Assembly: GCF_003918875.1 (NCBI RefSeq)
Contig: NW_025767126.1
Location: 682,001 to 746,000 of the forward strand
DNA from: Haliotis rubra
Taxonomy: Eukaryota
Length of the DNA stretch: 64,000 nucleotides
Direction: 5' to 3'
The notes under the pieces were generated by a model. The model was not told the DNA's origin. It did no database searches and saw nothing but the letters and a program-made list of their open reading frames with translations. Shown in pieces: positions 38,428 to 52,440 of the stretch (position 1 is the stretch's first letter; the number at the start of each line of letters is the position of its first letter). The position numbers and the translations under genes were made by a program.

Positions 38428-39908
38428 TGGTTTTAACTAAAAGCTACGTATATGATTACATATATATTAGTATAAATGCTTATGTTATTGCATTAAATGC
38501 TCAATATAATTTAATATAATTTAAAAAACCAAATCTCAATGTGCACGCCCGGGTTACTTAGTTTAAAATCCCTGATAACTCACGGAATACCTATCAGGAT
38601 CATGTGTAAGTAGGTGATGCTGGCAATTAGTGCTGGAGTAAAATCATTTGGTAGCATTTGATGAAATCATTATTTTCATTGATTTAAGAAACATTTACCG
38701 CACCTGTGCAGTAAAATACACCCACGTCTGGGAGTGGTGGCCTGTTTCACCAAATATCGTGTTTATGGACTTGTGTTTAGTATCTACTAGTCTGTTTGGG
38801 TCTACCGATGAATCTCCAAATGGGTTCATAGAGTGAATCCCATTTCTGGTGTCCCCCTCCGTGATGTTGCTGGAATATTGCTAACAGCGGCGTAAAACTA
38901 AGCCCACTCACTTAACTTATTAATTAAAAGAAATCCCAAACCTCGACACAAATATTTCCATACACTTCCTCATAACAGCTCCTCCAGATATTCTTTCACA
39001 AATACAACTACACCATATTTCTTTCATTGCTTTCGATAAATAATACCTTTAATTATAAATTGACACCTTAATTCGATACGGTATATTATCCCGAGAGGTC
39101 GAGTATCTTTTTAATGAAACGACTTCGTAGCATGCAGAGACCAGAAATATTGATAATTGTTAATATATAATATCATTAATAAGCAGAGCACATATGTTAA
39201 CACCGATCCCTTATCATGCACAGAACGGCTATTGAAGAGACAGTTCACGTGTGCGCTTGCAACAAACGCCACACGCATATTTAACAGAAATTAATGCTTA
39301 ATGACTTTGATTTCCTAAATCAGGGATTTCTCTTGAAAAATAAAAAAAATGTCAATTCTCACACGGTTTGTATTTCGTATTTATCAGCTATGAAACAGGC
39401 GAAACGGAATTTGTATTAAATATTCATAACGGGGTGTCGTTTCTTTGAGTGTGTGCAAGCCGATATAATGTTCGTATGTTTCACAGGGATAAACGGACAC
39501 TATAGCATTTGTGATCTGGATGTCAACCCGCAAACCGCAGATATATTTTGGTGATAACATATATCATCGTCGCTTTGTAAAATGTCAATATAAGATTTAT
39601 TACTGACGGGTTGTGTAACGTTTCATCTTTTCATCTCTATGGCTGTATCAGAACCTCTATGTTTGACGGAGCGAACAAATAGGAAATGTTCCCACGATCG
39701 TTATCGTTGCTGGATGAATGAGTGAGTGAGGCGTTTGTTCGTCATTTTGAGAAATATCACGGGAGACAGTGTGAGTGGTCTTTAAACAGAACGAACATCG
39801 GGGTTTTCATTGTTAGTTTGTTGCATGCACCGCTTGTGTCACTCACTCACACATCCGCTACTCGTATTTGTAGTGACAAACTCGAAGCTCGGAATCAAAC
39901 CCTTGTGA

Positions 39909-40071
39909 GTGAGTGAGTTTAGTTTTACGCCGCTTTTAGCAATATTCCAGTAATATCACGGCGGGGGACACCAGAAATGGGCTTCACACATTGTACCCTT
40001 GTGGGGAATCGAACCTGGGTCTTCGGCGTGACGAGCGAACGCTTTAACCACTAGGCTATCCCACCGCTCCC
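39909..40071 (-). mobile_element. Family A SINE
   Basis: 11-bp TSD aacccttgtga. Confidence 0.93.
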
Positions 40072-40555
40072 AACCCTTGTGAACTGATAAAAGAGTGAGG
40101 GAGTGAGTCGCTATTAACGGGGGACACCCGAAGGGCTTCACGCATTGTACCCATGTGGGTATGAAAATACGTTAGGACTGATGTGATACACTGTGTATAC
40201 TTGATAACACGAACTACAGTTATGTCGAACCAAACGAAACTGATTTGTGAGATATGAAACGTCTATAGTCCGCCATTCTAGTTTTGTGTGTAGGGTGTCT
40301 ATGGATTTTAGAAATAACACAGTGTTATCTTCTAGATCTTTTAAGTTAAAGAACCTTGATCAGACGAAAATGGTATTGTAATGAAATGCCATTTCGTCTA
40401 TAGAAGACTGATGATGTTACATGTATCCGACTTGATGTGTCTCTCCCCCCAGAAGAATAAATCAAATATTGAATCTACCTCCAGTCTGGAATGATCTGGC
40501 AAGTCTACATTATTCTGGGTTGCATATAGACTTATTTTGTGAGCTCCATTTTACC

Positions 40556-40711
40556 TGGGCGGTGGGGTAGCCTAGTGGTAAAAGCGTTCGCTCGTCACAC
40601 CGAACACCCGGGTTCGATTCCCACATGGGTACAATGTATGACGCCCATTTCTGGTGTCCCCCGCCGTGATATTGCTGGAATATTTCTAAAAGCGGCGTAA
40701 AACCATACTCA
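40556..40711 (+). mobile_element. Family A SINE
   Basis: 12-bp TSD ctccattttacc. Confidence 0.93.
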
Positions 40712-42282
40712 CTCCATTTTACCATCATGTTCCATACTAAACATTCCGTAGATATGAATACCTTTACTCTAGATATCTTTATGTTCTTGTTTGTGTAATT
40801 TTCAAGGTACTTCGTGTAATATTTTAACCCTATCACGGTGTTGGACATCACACACCACAAGTAGTACTATGTTTAGAATCGAATCCGAGTCTCTGTCTTA
40901 ACGAACCAACGTTTCAACCACTGGGCTACCCTCAGTACCCCTCCGACGTTAGACTAACAACTAGTCTCTGAAATGAACATACTTTACTGAAAAAATAGTT
41001 CATAGTAAAAAAACATAAAATATAATGAAAAGGAGCCCTGAGACTTTCTTCATTTTCAGAAGCTGTGGAAATCTAGACTTGCCACATTTTCTAGACTTGC
41101 GTGGGCTTTCTTAGATATATTTGCTTCAGGGTCTGTACGAGAGACCACTCCGACGTGTACGTGCCGGGATTCTAATCCAATGAGTCATGAGAGCAACACG
41201 TGACATTGATTCTCTTCTTATTAAACACGGGTACTATAAATTTTAGGACAGCCTAAGAAGATTCATAAATAAAGTATTATTTCCATTGTGTGTAATCTTA
41301 TATATTAGTTTTCAAATTATATACGCAGTTATCAAAATATCTGGAAATCACGGAAATTTGGTCATCAAGAGCATATCAGTCCATTAAAAAATATTAATCC
41401 CACATTAATTTCACATTGCAGAGATTTGCCTCTCAACTTCATTAATTTAATTGTAAACAAGTGAATAATGTTTACGTGTGCGGCACGCGCTTCATCTTTT
41501 ATAAATCCCCAAACAAATATTTCCCCCCAAGATTTCCTTCCCAAAGGTAAAGATCATTTGTTTATTTGTGGGCTCAACGCAACATAATGGCTTACACATG
41601 CTCGATGGCGTTCTTTAACAGGGTTAAATATCAGTGTTGTTGTACAATATTGGACGCCTTCCAATTAAAGAATTATTTATAGAAAACAATCGAGTACAAC
41701 TGACAAGGAAATACACATTTAGAGCGCTGATGTCATTTTTAAAATCAACGTCATTCTCTTCCTGTTCAGCAAACAGGCTGGCCTTGTTTATGTTTACAAA
41801 TCTGTCACGAACCCACGGCTCAAGCCTCTGACAACAATCCCTGCGGAGGATTGAAGGTCAATCGGCAGCCTTTTGCGAGGTTCGTGTCTGATTACGTCAC
41901 AGTTTTGTGAAAATGACATTGACACGGAATTAACACCGACAAAGGGCACGGTGTGATTATTTGCACGGGGCACGTGGCTCGATATGGGAGGAAGGTCGAT
42001 ACACGGAGTCGAGGGTCGGTTGCGTTTTTTCGCGTTGTGTTAGTACTGGGTTGTCTAATTGCAGTTTGTTTGTTTGTTTGTTTAACGAAGCAATGTTCCA
42101 GCTACATGACGGCGGCCTGTAAATACGAGGACTGGACTAGGTAATCAAATGATTGATGTCATGAACATTAATCTACGCAATTAGATCCGATGACATGTAG
42201 CAATCAAGTCAGCGAGCCTGACGTCCGACACCATTAGTCACCCCTGGCTGGTGACGGGGGTAATTTGTTGTTTAAGAGTTTA

Positions 42283-42525
42283 GTGAGTGAGTGAGTTTAG
42301 TTTTACGCCGCACTCAGAGAATATTCCAGCTATATGGCGGCGGTCTGTAAATAATCGAGTCTGAACTAGACAATCCAGTGAATAACGTCATGAGCATCGA
42401 TCTTCGCAACTGGGATACGATGACATGTGTCAACCAAGTCAGCGAGCCTGACCACCCGATCCCGTTAGTCTCCTCTTACGACAAGCACGGGTTGCTGAAG
42501 ATCAATTCCAACCGGATCTTCACAG
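42283..42525 (-). mobile_element. Family B, full length (older copy at ~42063-42245)
   Basis: Complete reverse family B. Confidence 0.9.
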
Positions 42526-42948
42526 TTAGACTTTGGAGTGAGTGAGTGAGTGAGTGAATGAGTCATACTCACTCACATACTGTTCGATGTGATGCCACTG
42601 TTTCATCACGACGTCGGATTAATATGGAAGGGAAGACCGAAGTGAAGCAGCTTTTAGACGATATCCACTAGTTTCTAGACGATATCCACTGGTCTCCCAT
42701 TTTGAGGTGAACTATAGCTCCGAGCGGCGTGAAATCAGATTCACTCTCTCCTACCGACGCTTCTGTGTAAACAGACCTTCATATATCATGGGACCAGATA
42801 TTCCATATGCTGATGAGAGGTAATTTCGTGCTGACATTTTCAAGTCGCCATAACAATGACAATGACATATATTAGACAAACAATTTACATTAAACACAAT
42901 AACAACTAATTATAGAATTAACGACAGCTATTGAGTCCAGCTGTTAAA

Positions 42949-43100
42949 GGCTGGTGGGGTAGCCTAGTGGTTAGAGCGTTCCCTCGTCACGCTGAAGATC
43001 CGGGTTCGATTCCCCACATGGGTACAATGTGTGAAGCCTATTTCTGGTGTCCCCACCGTGATGCTGATATATTGCTAAAAGCGGCGTAAAAGAAAACTCC
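42949..43100 (+). mobile_element. Family A SINE
   Basis: Head, body and tail. Confidence 0.87.
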
Positions 43101-44494
43101 GCTAAATGGCGCATGTTTGAATATGAAAACATCCACCTGTTACAGAGGACAACTGTCTGTTGAAAACTGATGTTTTATATTTGCAAACCTAAGGGCGTAC
43201 GTACATCTGTGTCGTGAAATACACTCTATCCTAGTTCAATCATGTATAATCACACTCAAACATCCCTAATTTGAACCTAAGCACCTAAACTATTTCAACA
43301 TGATCGTTTTGATAACAGTATTAATAAAAACATTCACGAAGATTACGTTTTATAACTGTGAGAGCACGGTGTGAATCGACCCCGCACGTGAAATGGGTTC
43401 CCGGGCCATCTGCACGTGCAACTCGTGCTCAGTGACAGGGCGGTGAAATGTCTGTCACATGGCAAGCACTCAGATCTGCCACAGGACCAACCGAAGCATA
43501 TTCATCAATCACCGAAATATTATTTATCATTGGTGGGTATATCATGCGTGTTATTACTATACAGATCAGCCAATTAAAATATCAGGAATTTGTTGTTTGA
43601 AGTATATGCACATTACCGCTGATTGATGTTCTAACTTATCATAAAAAAACGACAAGTATACGACTTATTTGTCTAGACAAACGCTACTCGCTCAATGAAC
43701 CGAAATGAGATACAGCCACTCATCCGTACTCCAACAGTATTGATTATACGTCCACCAGAGGCTTTAACATATTACAGTACCTGCCACATTTCACAGACAA
43801 TATCATTTTCAAAACATGAAAATTTGGTATATCATTTTTCACTATTCACTACCCTATTTCGTTTACATATTTTTTTATTCTATTTATAAAAGTAATCATT
43901 CGGAACGAGGGTTCGAACCGTGGAAGAGGGTGTCCGAGGTTGTGCAGAGTTGCTTCCTTTCGACGAAGCAGGATCCTATGATCTCTGTCGTTCCATCATC
44001 CATCCACCCATCTGTACATCCATCCATCCACTTATAAATCCTCAAATACACTGGTGTATACTCCTTGTATCTTATCTATCGCGAGTAAAAAAACGTGTCT
44101 GACAATTTTCTATATAATCTATTTCACGTACCATTTCTGAACAAGGGTTAAATAAGTTGCATGCTGTGGCTACATAAATTGAAATTACAGACAGACGTAA
44201 TAAACTAAAGTTGGAACCGCGCCACGTAATTAGTGAGCGTGTGAAACTATGTATGGAGAACCCCGAGGCGCGACTTAACACCCGGAAGTTGATAGTCACC
44301 TTCCGGAAGTGCCCATATGCGAGATTGTGATCTCAGAATGTCTGTGTTTCCGTCATGTTTCATCATCGTAACATTTGTATTCTATGTTTACGGAAACCGA
44401 GACTTAACAAAAGCCTTTTATTGGCTCATATCATTGTAAATTGTAGTTGATCGTGTAATCATGTATTTAGGCCGGGGTCGCCAAAACATTGACA

Positions 44495-44690
44495 CCAATT
44501 ACACCGTTCAAAACAATTACACAAATATCGACGTGTTCAAAACAATTACACAATTATAGACGTCTTCAAAACAATCACACAACTATAGACGTGTTCAAAA
44601 CAATTACCCAATTATAGACGCCTTCAAAACAATTACACAAATATAGACTCTTCATGACAATTACACAATTATAGACGTCGTCTAAACATT
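44495..44690. repeat. Tandem repeat, ~29-bp unit (caaaacaattacacaattatagacgtgtt)
   Basis: About 6 copies visible. Confidence 0.9.
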
Positions 44691-45050
44691 TCTACTTTTC
44701 CAGCTCACTTTTCCATGATGTTTACATGTGGAAAGAAAAAAGGTAAATAAATAGATAAGCAGACAGTAACTGAATAATCAACACGAAATGGAGGAGTACT
44801 GTATGATTGCCAAGATACTGTGATGCGGCAGGCCTGTGGGGTTGGGGATTGGATTGGGATCGGGGGTCGGGTGCGAAGTAAACAGTTTTGTAGCTGGGTT
44901 AGGGGTTTGGCATGAACGCCATGGATTACAAACACAATGACGTACTAAAACAAACTAGGGAAACAAAACTTGTATATGACATTATACATCAGTGTCGTGT
45001 CGCAGCAAATACACTCACTCTCTGTCTATATGTATGTATGTATGTATGTA

Positions 45051-45087
<37 letters not shown>

Positions 45088-45090
45088 ATG

Positions 45091-45274
45091 TGAGGTGAAA
45101 TTGGGTTTAACGTCGTTCTTGAGAATATTTCGCTTGCTTGTACTAGCCCAGACTGAAGCTGGTTTTATAGTGCTAGCCCACTGAGATACCATGCCGCAGT
45201 GAAGCATGAATACCCCACTCAGACACATTATACAGACTCCGAGCCGACCAGTCCTTGATGTACCCATTAATGCC
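45091..45274 (-). mobile_element. Family D SINE, 5'-truncated
   Basis: Matches the 3' two-thirds of 1959-2319; preceded by (tatg)n/(tg)n. Confidence 0.85.
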
Positions 45275-45454
45275 AAACCCAAATGCCGGGTGTGGGTGCG
45301 CTCTTGCCCTTGTTTCCACTGGCCGGTCTCCGGTGTCTACCAAACATCTTGACACGGGTTAATAACTCGAACTGCCTAATACACCACTTGGCCCATCATT
45401 AAATACTAGTAGTAAATATCAAAGTTTCGTTCCAGTTTTTTTTTATCACGAAAG

Positions 45455-45620
45455 GAGGCGATGGCGAAGACTAGTAGTTAAAGCATTCGCTCGTCAATAT
45501 CCGAAGATCCGGGTTCGATTCCCTACACGGGTACAATGTGTGTAGCACGTTTCTGGTGTCCCCCGCCGTGATATTGCTGGAATATTGGTAAAAGCGGCGT
45601 AAAACTATACTCACTCACTC
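45455..45620 (+). mobile_element. Family A SINE
   Basis: Head, body and tail. Confidence 0.85.
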
Positions 45621-45862
45621 CATTATGAAACGGAGTGCCACAATTACCCCAAACAGAAACCGAAAACCAGAAACCTGGCATTGCGGGTTCGAATCCTGGT
45701 CCAATTATCTTTCTTCTTTTGTCAGCACCGTACCCTTGTTCCTGTGTTTGATTGTCTGATGCCTGAATTACTTCGGGCGTCCCTCCCACATAAAACAAAC
45801 ACGGCTTGATAAGAATAGGAAAAAACAACGTTAAATTCCAACACACGCATTCATCTCCCTGA

Positions 45863-46226
45863 TATATAAATAACAATGTGTACTTCTATAACGCTAAATT
45901 CCATAGACCAAGTGCATGCTCGAAGCGCATACAAACAGACAGCTCATTATTACCCCGGATAACCCAAGCTGTCTGTGAGGCGCTAGAAGGTTATAGTCAC
46001 ATGACTTATCCCACCGGGTACCCATTTTCTGCTGGATGAACAGAGTCATGTGTGAACAAACTCACCTGCCTAAGGTGAGCCCACATGTATCACATGTGCT
46101 TCGTTGTGGGGCAGGACTGAAGTCCTAGAAACTCTCAGGAGTCAAGCTGCCAAACACGGCCACCCATCGAAGAAATCTCTCCGCGTCCAACGTTGCTTAA
46201 CTTCAACTGATTTATGATGCCACACA
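45863..46226 (-). mobile_element. Family E tRNA/5S-headed CORE-like SINE, second copy
   Basis: Colinear reverse complement of 4935-5388 without the nested insertion. Confidence 0.78.
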
Positions 46227-46348
46227 TATTAATACACTATACACAAAACAAATGATTTAGTTAGTTTATAGACGTATGCTTCGACACCAAACACCCCCAC
46301 CCCCCCTCTTTCTTAGGTGCTAGTATGACACAAATATTATAACGTTAA

Positions 46349-46494
46349 AGGGGCGGTGGGGTAGTAAAGTGGTTAAAGCGTTCGCTCGTCACGCCTAAGA
46401 CCCGGGTTCGATTCCCCAAATGGGTACAATGTGTGAAGCCCTTTTCCCGCCCTGATATTGCTAAAAGCAGCTCAAAACTAAACTCACTCACTCT
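46349..46494 (+). mobile_element. Family A SINE (internal deletions)
   Basis: Head and tail. Confidence 0.85.
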
Positions 46495-47400
46495 AAAGTA
46501 CACACATATATCTCGTTCTATTTTTCTATAATATCATCAAAGGCATACACAATAAAGCTTTTTAATAACAGAATAGACCGTCCTCGTTTAAGAGAGTGTC
46601 ACAAAAACTAAAATAAACAATAAATGATAGAACAAAACTCATAGAAGTCATAAATAAGATTTTTAACATGTTAATAACCCGCGCAGCACGCTGGTTCAAA
46701 TAACACGCACTGAAATTGCCCTTTACGGAGCTTATAAGTGTTGTATATCCACCGTTAAAGAAAATACACGGTCTTCCAGCGGAGAGCTCTTACGTTAATT
46801 TTGCCTCGAGAAAAATGAACCCTGGTCGTTGTCCTTGGTATTTAAGAAGCTCGGGTACTGTTTCAATCGCCTTAGGGAGAGGGAAGTTGGCATCGGAGTG
46901 TTGACATTAGAGCATCTTGCTCCTAAATCATAATAGACAACCGACAAGGTTAAATTACATCGGGAAATTCTTATAAACAGAGGGAGACTTGGTAAATAAG
47001 ATAAATATACATCCTTAGGGAAAAAGAGAAACTTTTATCAAAGAATCCCCGTTTATGAGGACGATCCCGTTGAAGTCTTTTGGATTGACAAAAAAAAGGA
47101 GAATGTTCCATCTCTTTATACTACTCAAATTTTGATAGGGATGCTAAGCTGCTTCACAATGTTGCAATTCTTAAAACATCAGCTTAAGGAAAGTATTGCG
47201 TATGAAAAAAGGTCTATAATATACTTCTTATTTGCAGTGATGAGACTGCAATATTGGATGCTGTTTGTGTGACGACTTCTCCTAGAGATCTGTCACGTTC
47301 AGGCCTCACTTTGGCGCTAAGAATACCCTGTCAGGTTGAGTGGCATATACAGGAAAGCCTATCCTAGTTTTAATAACGCACGAGGACGTCAAGACGTCAG

Positions 47401-47561
47401 AGAGTGAGTATGGTTTCACGCCGCTTTTAGCAATGTTCCATCAATATCACGGCGGGGGACACCAGAAATAGGCTTCACACACTCTACACATACGCAGAAT
47501 CAAACCCAGCTCTGTGCGTGACGAGCAAACGCTTTAACCAGTTGGCTACCCCACTGCCCCA
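47401..47561 (-). mobile_element. Family A SINE
   Basis: Reverse complement, diverged. Confidence 0.82.
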
Positions 47562-48452
47562 GTCAAAATGTGAAGCTTTTGTGACGTCGCCTTTGATCGT
47601 CGTAAACATTTATGTGAAAGTGTAAACAATTATCGCGAAAGTGTAAAACAAACCCCCTAAAACACAAATCCTAGTTCATTTTTGATGTCTTTACTTTACA
47701 AAGGCCTTGTACTTTCATAATGATTGACCTAGGGCAAACATTATAGTATGTTTTCCAATTTGTAACGGGAATGATATTTACAAACAGACATGTTATCATG
47801 CTCTGTTGCTTGAAATTCTAATAAACAGAAAATAAAGCACAAATGACATATATTATTGATTAATATCCTACGACAAGAGACCTTATTATATGGTCTCTGC
47901 TATGACACTGACGTTCCGTTTAGTTTATAAAAGTCACAGAGATAGCGTGTTTTCCAAGGGTTCGTGTCAGTTTGAAGTCATGTATGAAAATACCTAACTT
48001 ATCTTAATCACAGCTACACGTGTCCAATACGGGAAGTGACAGTTATTACGTCAGCAACGCGGGTGAAGGATGGGTCTCGTGTTCCCATGGGTTCTCGCGA
48101 GATCTCGTCGCACCTTGACCTTCACCTTAGGTCGTGACCTCATCTGTTTGGTATAGGAAATGACTAATCTAAAGGTGGAATTTGAAAGGACAACCAGTCA
48201 ATAGTTTTGGGTGTTAGTGTTGTGAATATATCAGATAAAGTTTGATGTTTATATTTATTGCTCTGTTTGATGGTTATCATCAGCAGGTGTGATAGGTTCG
48301 TGTGAAGAATTCTTGACTTCAGTGCTTAATGATTGATTGGCGTTTTTATTTTTATTTCGCATTGGAAACGTTGTATCCAAAAATAAAAAGAAGACGAAAT
48401 CCAGAATTCTTTTTATGTTCTTCAGTGTTTAATGTCAAACTAAATGGTAAAA

Positions 48453-48752
48453 GTTGAGTTGAGTTGGGCTTTACGTCACATCGGCATTATTCCAGCCATA
48501 TAGTGACGAGAACAAGTTTGCATTAGTAAACATTGTAAGTACAGAGTCAAAATGAGTTATATTTCAAAAACATATATTCATTTCATTGTCATTTAAAAGC
48601 AGAAAAAGTCATAGCAATAAATTTAAAGGCAGGCAATTTGTTAGTCACATTACACAGTTACAATTTTTGATACAGACCAACTTCCCTCAGGTAGTTCACT
48701 ATCAGATGAGCGCTCACGCGGGAGAACAGATCTTTCAGATTTGTTGTTTCAC
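48453..48752 (-). mobile_element. 5'-truncated I/Nimb-like LINE (ORF2 C-terminus, 3' UTR, hairpin tail)
   Basis: Perfect 11-bp TSD aaatggtaaaa at 48442-48452/48753-48763; minus strand 48750-48658 reads ETTNLKDLFSRVSAHLIVNYLREVGLYQKL*, like I-group RT-RNase H ORF2 termini; ends in hairpin plus (caact)n. Confidence 0.8.
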
Positions 48753-48964
48753 AAATGGTAAAAATACCGATATATGCAGGTATAAGGATCAACTACTTGA
48801 ACTAATTCCGCAATTTGCAGACCTAACCCTGGGCTAAATGAGAGTCTCAGTATGCATCTGGGCAAAAGAAATATACAGGAGTAAATAGTATCTGACTAAT
48901 AACTTACCAACGTTCTCAAAACGTAACTAGGCTGATAACAGTCGAAGGAACGCTTCAAATGAGC

Positions 48965-49131
48965 GAGTGAGTTAGTGAGTTTGGTTTTACGCTGCTTTTA
49001 GCAATATTCTAGCAATATCACGACCGGGACACCAGAAATGGGCTTCCCACATTGTACCCATGTAGGAATCGAACCCGGGTCTTTAGCTTGACGCGCAGAC
49101 GCTTTAACCATTAGGTTACCCCACCGCCCCC
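48965..49131 (-). mobile_element. Family A SINE
   Basis: Reverse complement, full length. Confidence 0.88.
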
Positions 49132-49976
49132 GGTGCAAATGAGGAAAACATTTAATCTGGATGCTTGGACTAATTCCGAAATCTGCAGACCTATTTAACG
49201 TCCAAACCATAGCTATGATAACCGATATCACAATACATCACTATCGAATAACATTTTGTTTGTTTGTTTCATTTTAAGCCACTATATGACATGGATGTGT
49301 ACAATCTTTTGCCATCAGTTTAGTTTGATACGAGTCGTTCAAACACCTCTTCTCTCACAACTAACTAAAATAATGAAGACCAAACGCGCAGTTAATGATC
49401 TCCCAATTTGGCGATACGGGTCAGTCCAACACGTGACACAAACATCGTCTTGACCTAGACTAGACAAGTACACCACACCATCGAGCCTAATGACCCTTAT
49501 TTAGAACAGCAGATACTAAATGTACGGCCTCACCTAGTTAATACTAATTTCAGATAAAAGTACAAAACATGAACATTTACACATTTGAAATATCGTAATT
49601 TCCTTAAACACCTCAACGCTTTGTGATCTACACTGGTTTTATTGCCCAGCTACGAAGTCTGTATCACCATTGTGTTCATACAGTTTGTCGATATAGGCAT
49701 ATTGTGTACACTATCTATGTTTACAAGTTGTTCATCAGCCACGCTTGTAGTACAGTGTATGACTAACCTAAGCGTGATAGCGATGTGTGCCAGACACGTT
49801 CCTTGCTTAAAGTAGCCGATATAGGTCACCGCCCAGACTTAGTTGGTGAAATCTTGACTAATGTTGCAACATGGCAATGAATATTTGACATATATCTCAA
49901 ATGACTGGTTAACACCCGGGCTGTTGACGAGCTAATATCTAATGACTTAAATGTTGCAACAAGCTACTGCTGGGCA

Positions 49977-50141
49977 GGGCGGTGGGGTAGCCTAATTGTT
50001 AAAGCGTTGGCTCGTCACGCCGAAGACCCGGGTTCGAATCCCCACATGGGCACAATGTGTGAAGCCCATTTGTGGTGTCCCCCGCCGTGATGTTGCTGGA
50101 ATATTGCTAAAAGCGGCGTAAAACCAAACTCAGTCAGTAAG
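49977..50141 (+). mobile_element. Family A SINE
   Basis: 12-bp TSD tactgctgggca. Confidence 0.93.
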
Positions 50142-50229
50142 TACTGCTGGGCAACTGCGATGTTGTTAACGTAACTGCCAACCTATGGAAGAGTTACTGA
50201 CGAGTAATGGGTGAAGAAGGATACCAGAA

Positions 50230-51270
50230 GTTACAAGAAACTGAAAAGCGACACAGAAATTACATAAGGGTTGTTAACAAGAAACTGAAGAGCCACACAT
50301 AAATTACAGAATGGTTGGCAACAAGAAACCGAAGAGATACACAGAAATTACAGAAGGGTTTGCAAACAAGAAATCGAAGAGCCTCACAGAAATTACAGAA
50401 GGGTTGGCAACAAGAAACTGAAGAGATACACAGAAATTACAGAAGGGTTGGCAACAAGAAACTGAAAAGATACACAGATAATACAGAAGGGTTGGCAACA
50501 AGAAACTGAAGAGATACACAGAAATTACAGAAGGGTTGGCAACAAGAAACTGAAGAGATACACAGAAAATACAGGTGGGTTGGCAACAAGAAACTGAAGG
50601 GATACACATAAATTACAGGTGGGTTGGCAACAAGAAACTGAAGAGATACACATAAATTACAGAAGGGTTGGCAACAAGACACCGAAGAGCTACACAGAAA
50701 TTACAGAAGGGTTGGCAACAAGAAACTGAAAAGATACACAGATAATACAGAAGGGTTGGCAACAAGAAACTGAAGAGATACACAGAAAATACAGGTGGGT
50801 TGGCAACAAGAAACTGAAGAGATACACATAAATTACAGGTGGGTTGGCAACAAGAAACTGAAGAGATACACATAAATTACAGAAGGGTTGGCAACAAGAC
50901 ACCGAAGAGCTACACAGAAATTACAGAAGGGTTGGCAACAAGAAACTGAAGAGCTACACAGAAATTACAGAAGGGTTGGCAACAAGAAACTGAAGAGCTA
51001 CACAGAAATTACAGAAGGGTTGGCAACAGAAACTGAAGAGCTACACAGAAATTACAGAAGGGTTGGCAACAAGAAAGTGAAAAGATACACAGATAATACA
51101 GAAGGGTTGGCAACAAGAAACTGAAGAGCTACACAGAAATTACAGAAGGGTTGGCAACAAGAAACTGAAGAGATACACAGATAATACAGAAGGGTTGGCA
51201 ACAAGAAACTGAAGAGCTACACAGAAATTACAGAAGGGTTGGCAACAAGACACCGAAGAGCTACACAGAC
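50230..51270. repeat. Minisatellite, 44-bp unit (gaagggttggcaacaagaaactgaagagatacacagaaattaca)
   Basis: gggttgg at 50401, 50445 and onward; about 23 units. Confidence 0.97.
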
Positions 51271-51784
51271 ATTATAGACGATATGATAATATAACTGCCA
51301 CCTTCATGTCTCTCTCTCACAGACAGAGAGAGAGAGAGAGAGAGATGAGAGAGAGGTGAGAGAGATATATCTGGCACACAAGTAGGCACGGATTAACACA
51401 CACACGCACACCACACAGACACAGAGATATTTGACACACATCTCGTCAATCGACTTTTCAGACGTCTCGCTGTTAACCGCATACTAATTACATTAACTTG
51501 TTATTTCACTGTAAGAAATGTCACGTGTCTTCTCCTGCTTCACGTCTAGACCATATAAAGATATTCTACATTACAAGTGCAAACTGAAGGTTATTAACTT
51601 TACCTCATATCCGGTTTGAACCAAGGGGTTTGTTCGCGGGGCAAGCCACACTCGAAGCACTTGGCTGGTACTTGATCTGGAAAATTGAAAAACACAAGAA
51701 AATAAGCGTACGCATGCAACATCACATATTCAATACACGCTTTATAGACAAGTAACAAACATCAGTTTTAACGTTTGTTTTGCG

Positions 51785-51986
51785 TGTTTGTTGTTTATCG
51801 CCGTGCTTGGCAATATTCAGCTATATTTCGGAGGTCTGGAAATAATCGGGTCTGGACCAGACAATCCAGTGATCAACAGCATGAGAACTACGCAGTTTGG
51901 ATACGATGACGTGGTCAACCCATTAGTCGCCTCTTACGATCTCTATGGGTTGCTGAAGACCAATTCTAACCCAGATCTTCACGAGT
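51785..51986 (-). mobile_element. Family B copy, degenerate
   Basis: Reverse family B with deletions. Confidence 0.78.
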
Positions 51987-52199
51987 ATCGGTTTTAACGA
52001 CCCTTACTTGTACGACTGCATCAGGTGTGGATCGAGCCACCCTGGCGTTTGAAGACTTAATGTCGGTATTCCCAAAAGAAACTGCCCTTCTTAACACCAA
52101 AGTAGTGTTATATCGCGATACCCGTTTTTTTCAAAAAAAATAACTTTCTTGTAATTCATAACATTCGTACTATGAAGTCATTATAGGGCACCCTATAAT

Positions 52200-52440
52200 G
52201 AGTGAGTGAGTGAGTTTTACGCCGCACTCAGCAATATTCCAGCTATATGGCGGCGGTCTGCAAATAATCGAGTCTTGGCCAGACAATCCATTGATCAACA
52301 GCATGAGCATCGATCTATACAATTGGGATCCAATGACATGTGTCAACCAAGTCAGCGAGCCTGACCACCCGATTCCGTTAGTCCCCTCTTACGACAAGCA
52401 TGGGTTGGTGAAGACCAATTCTAACCCGGATCTTCACTGG
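52200..52440 (-). mobile_element. Family B, full length
   Basis: Complete reverse family B. Confidence 0.9.

Noticed and set aside
50230-51270. CRISPR-like array (also 17340-17605)
   Set aside because: Head-to-tail units with no unique spacers; eukaryotic context, no cas genes.
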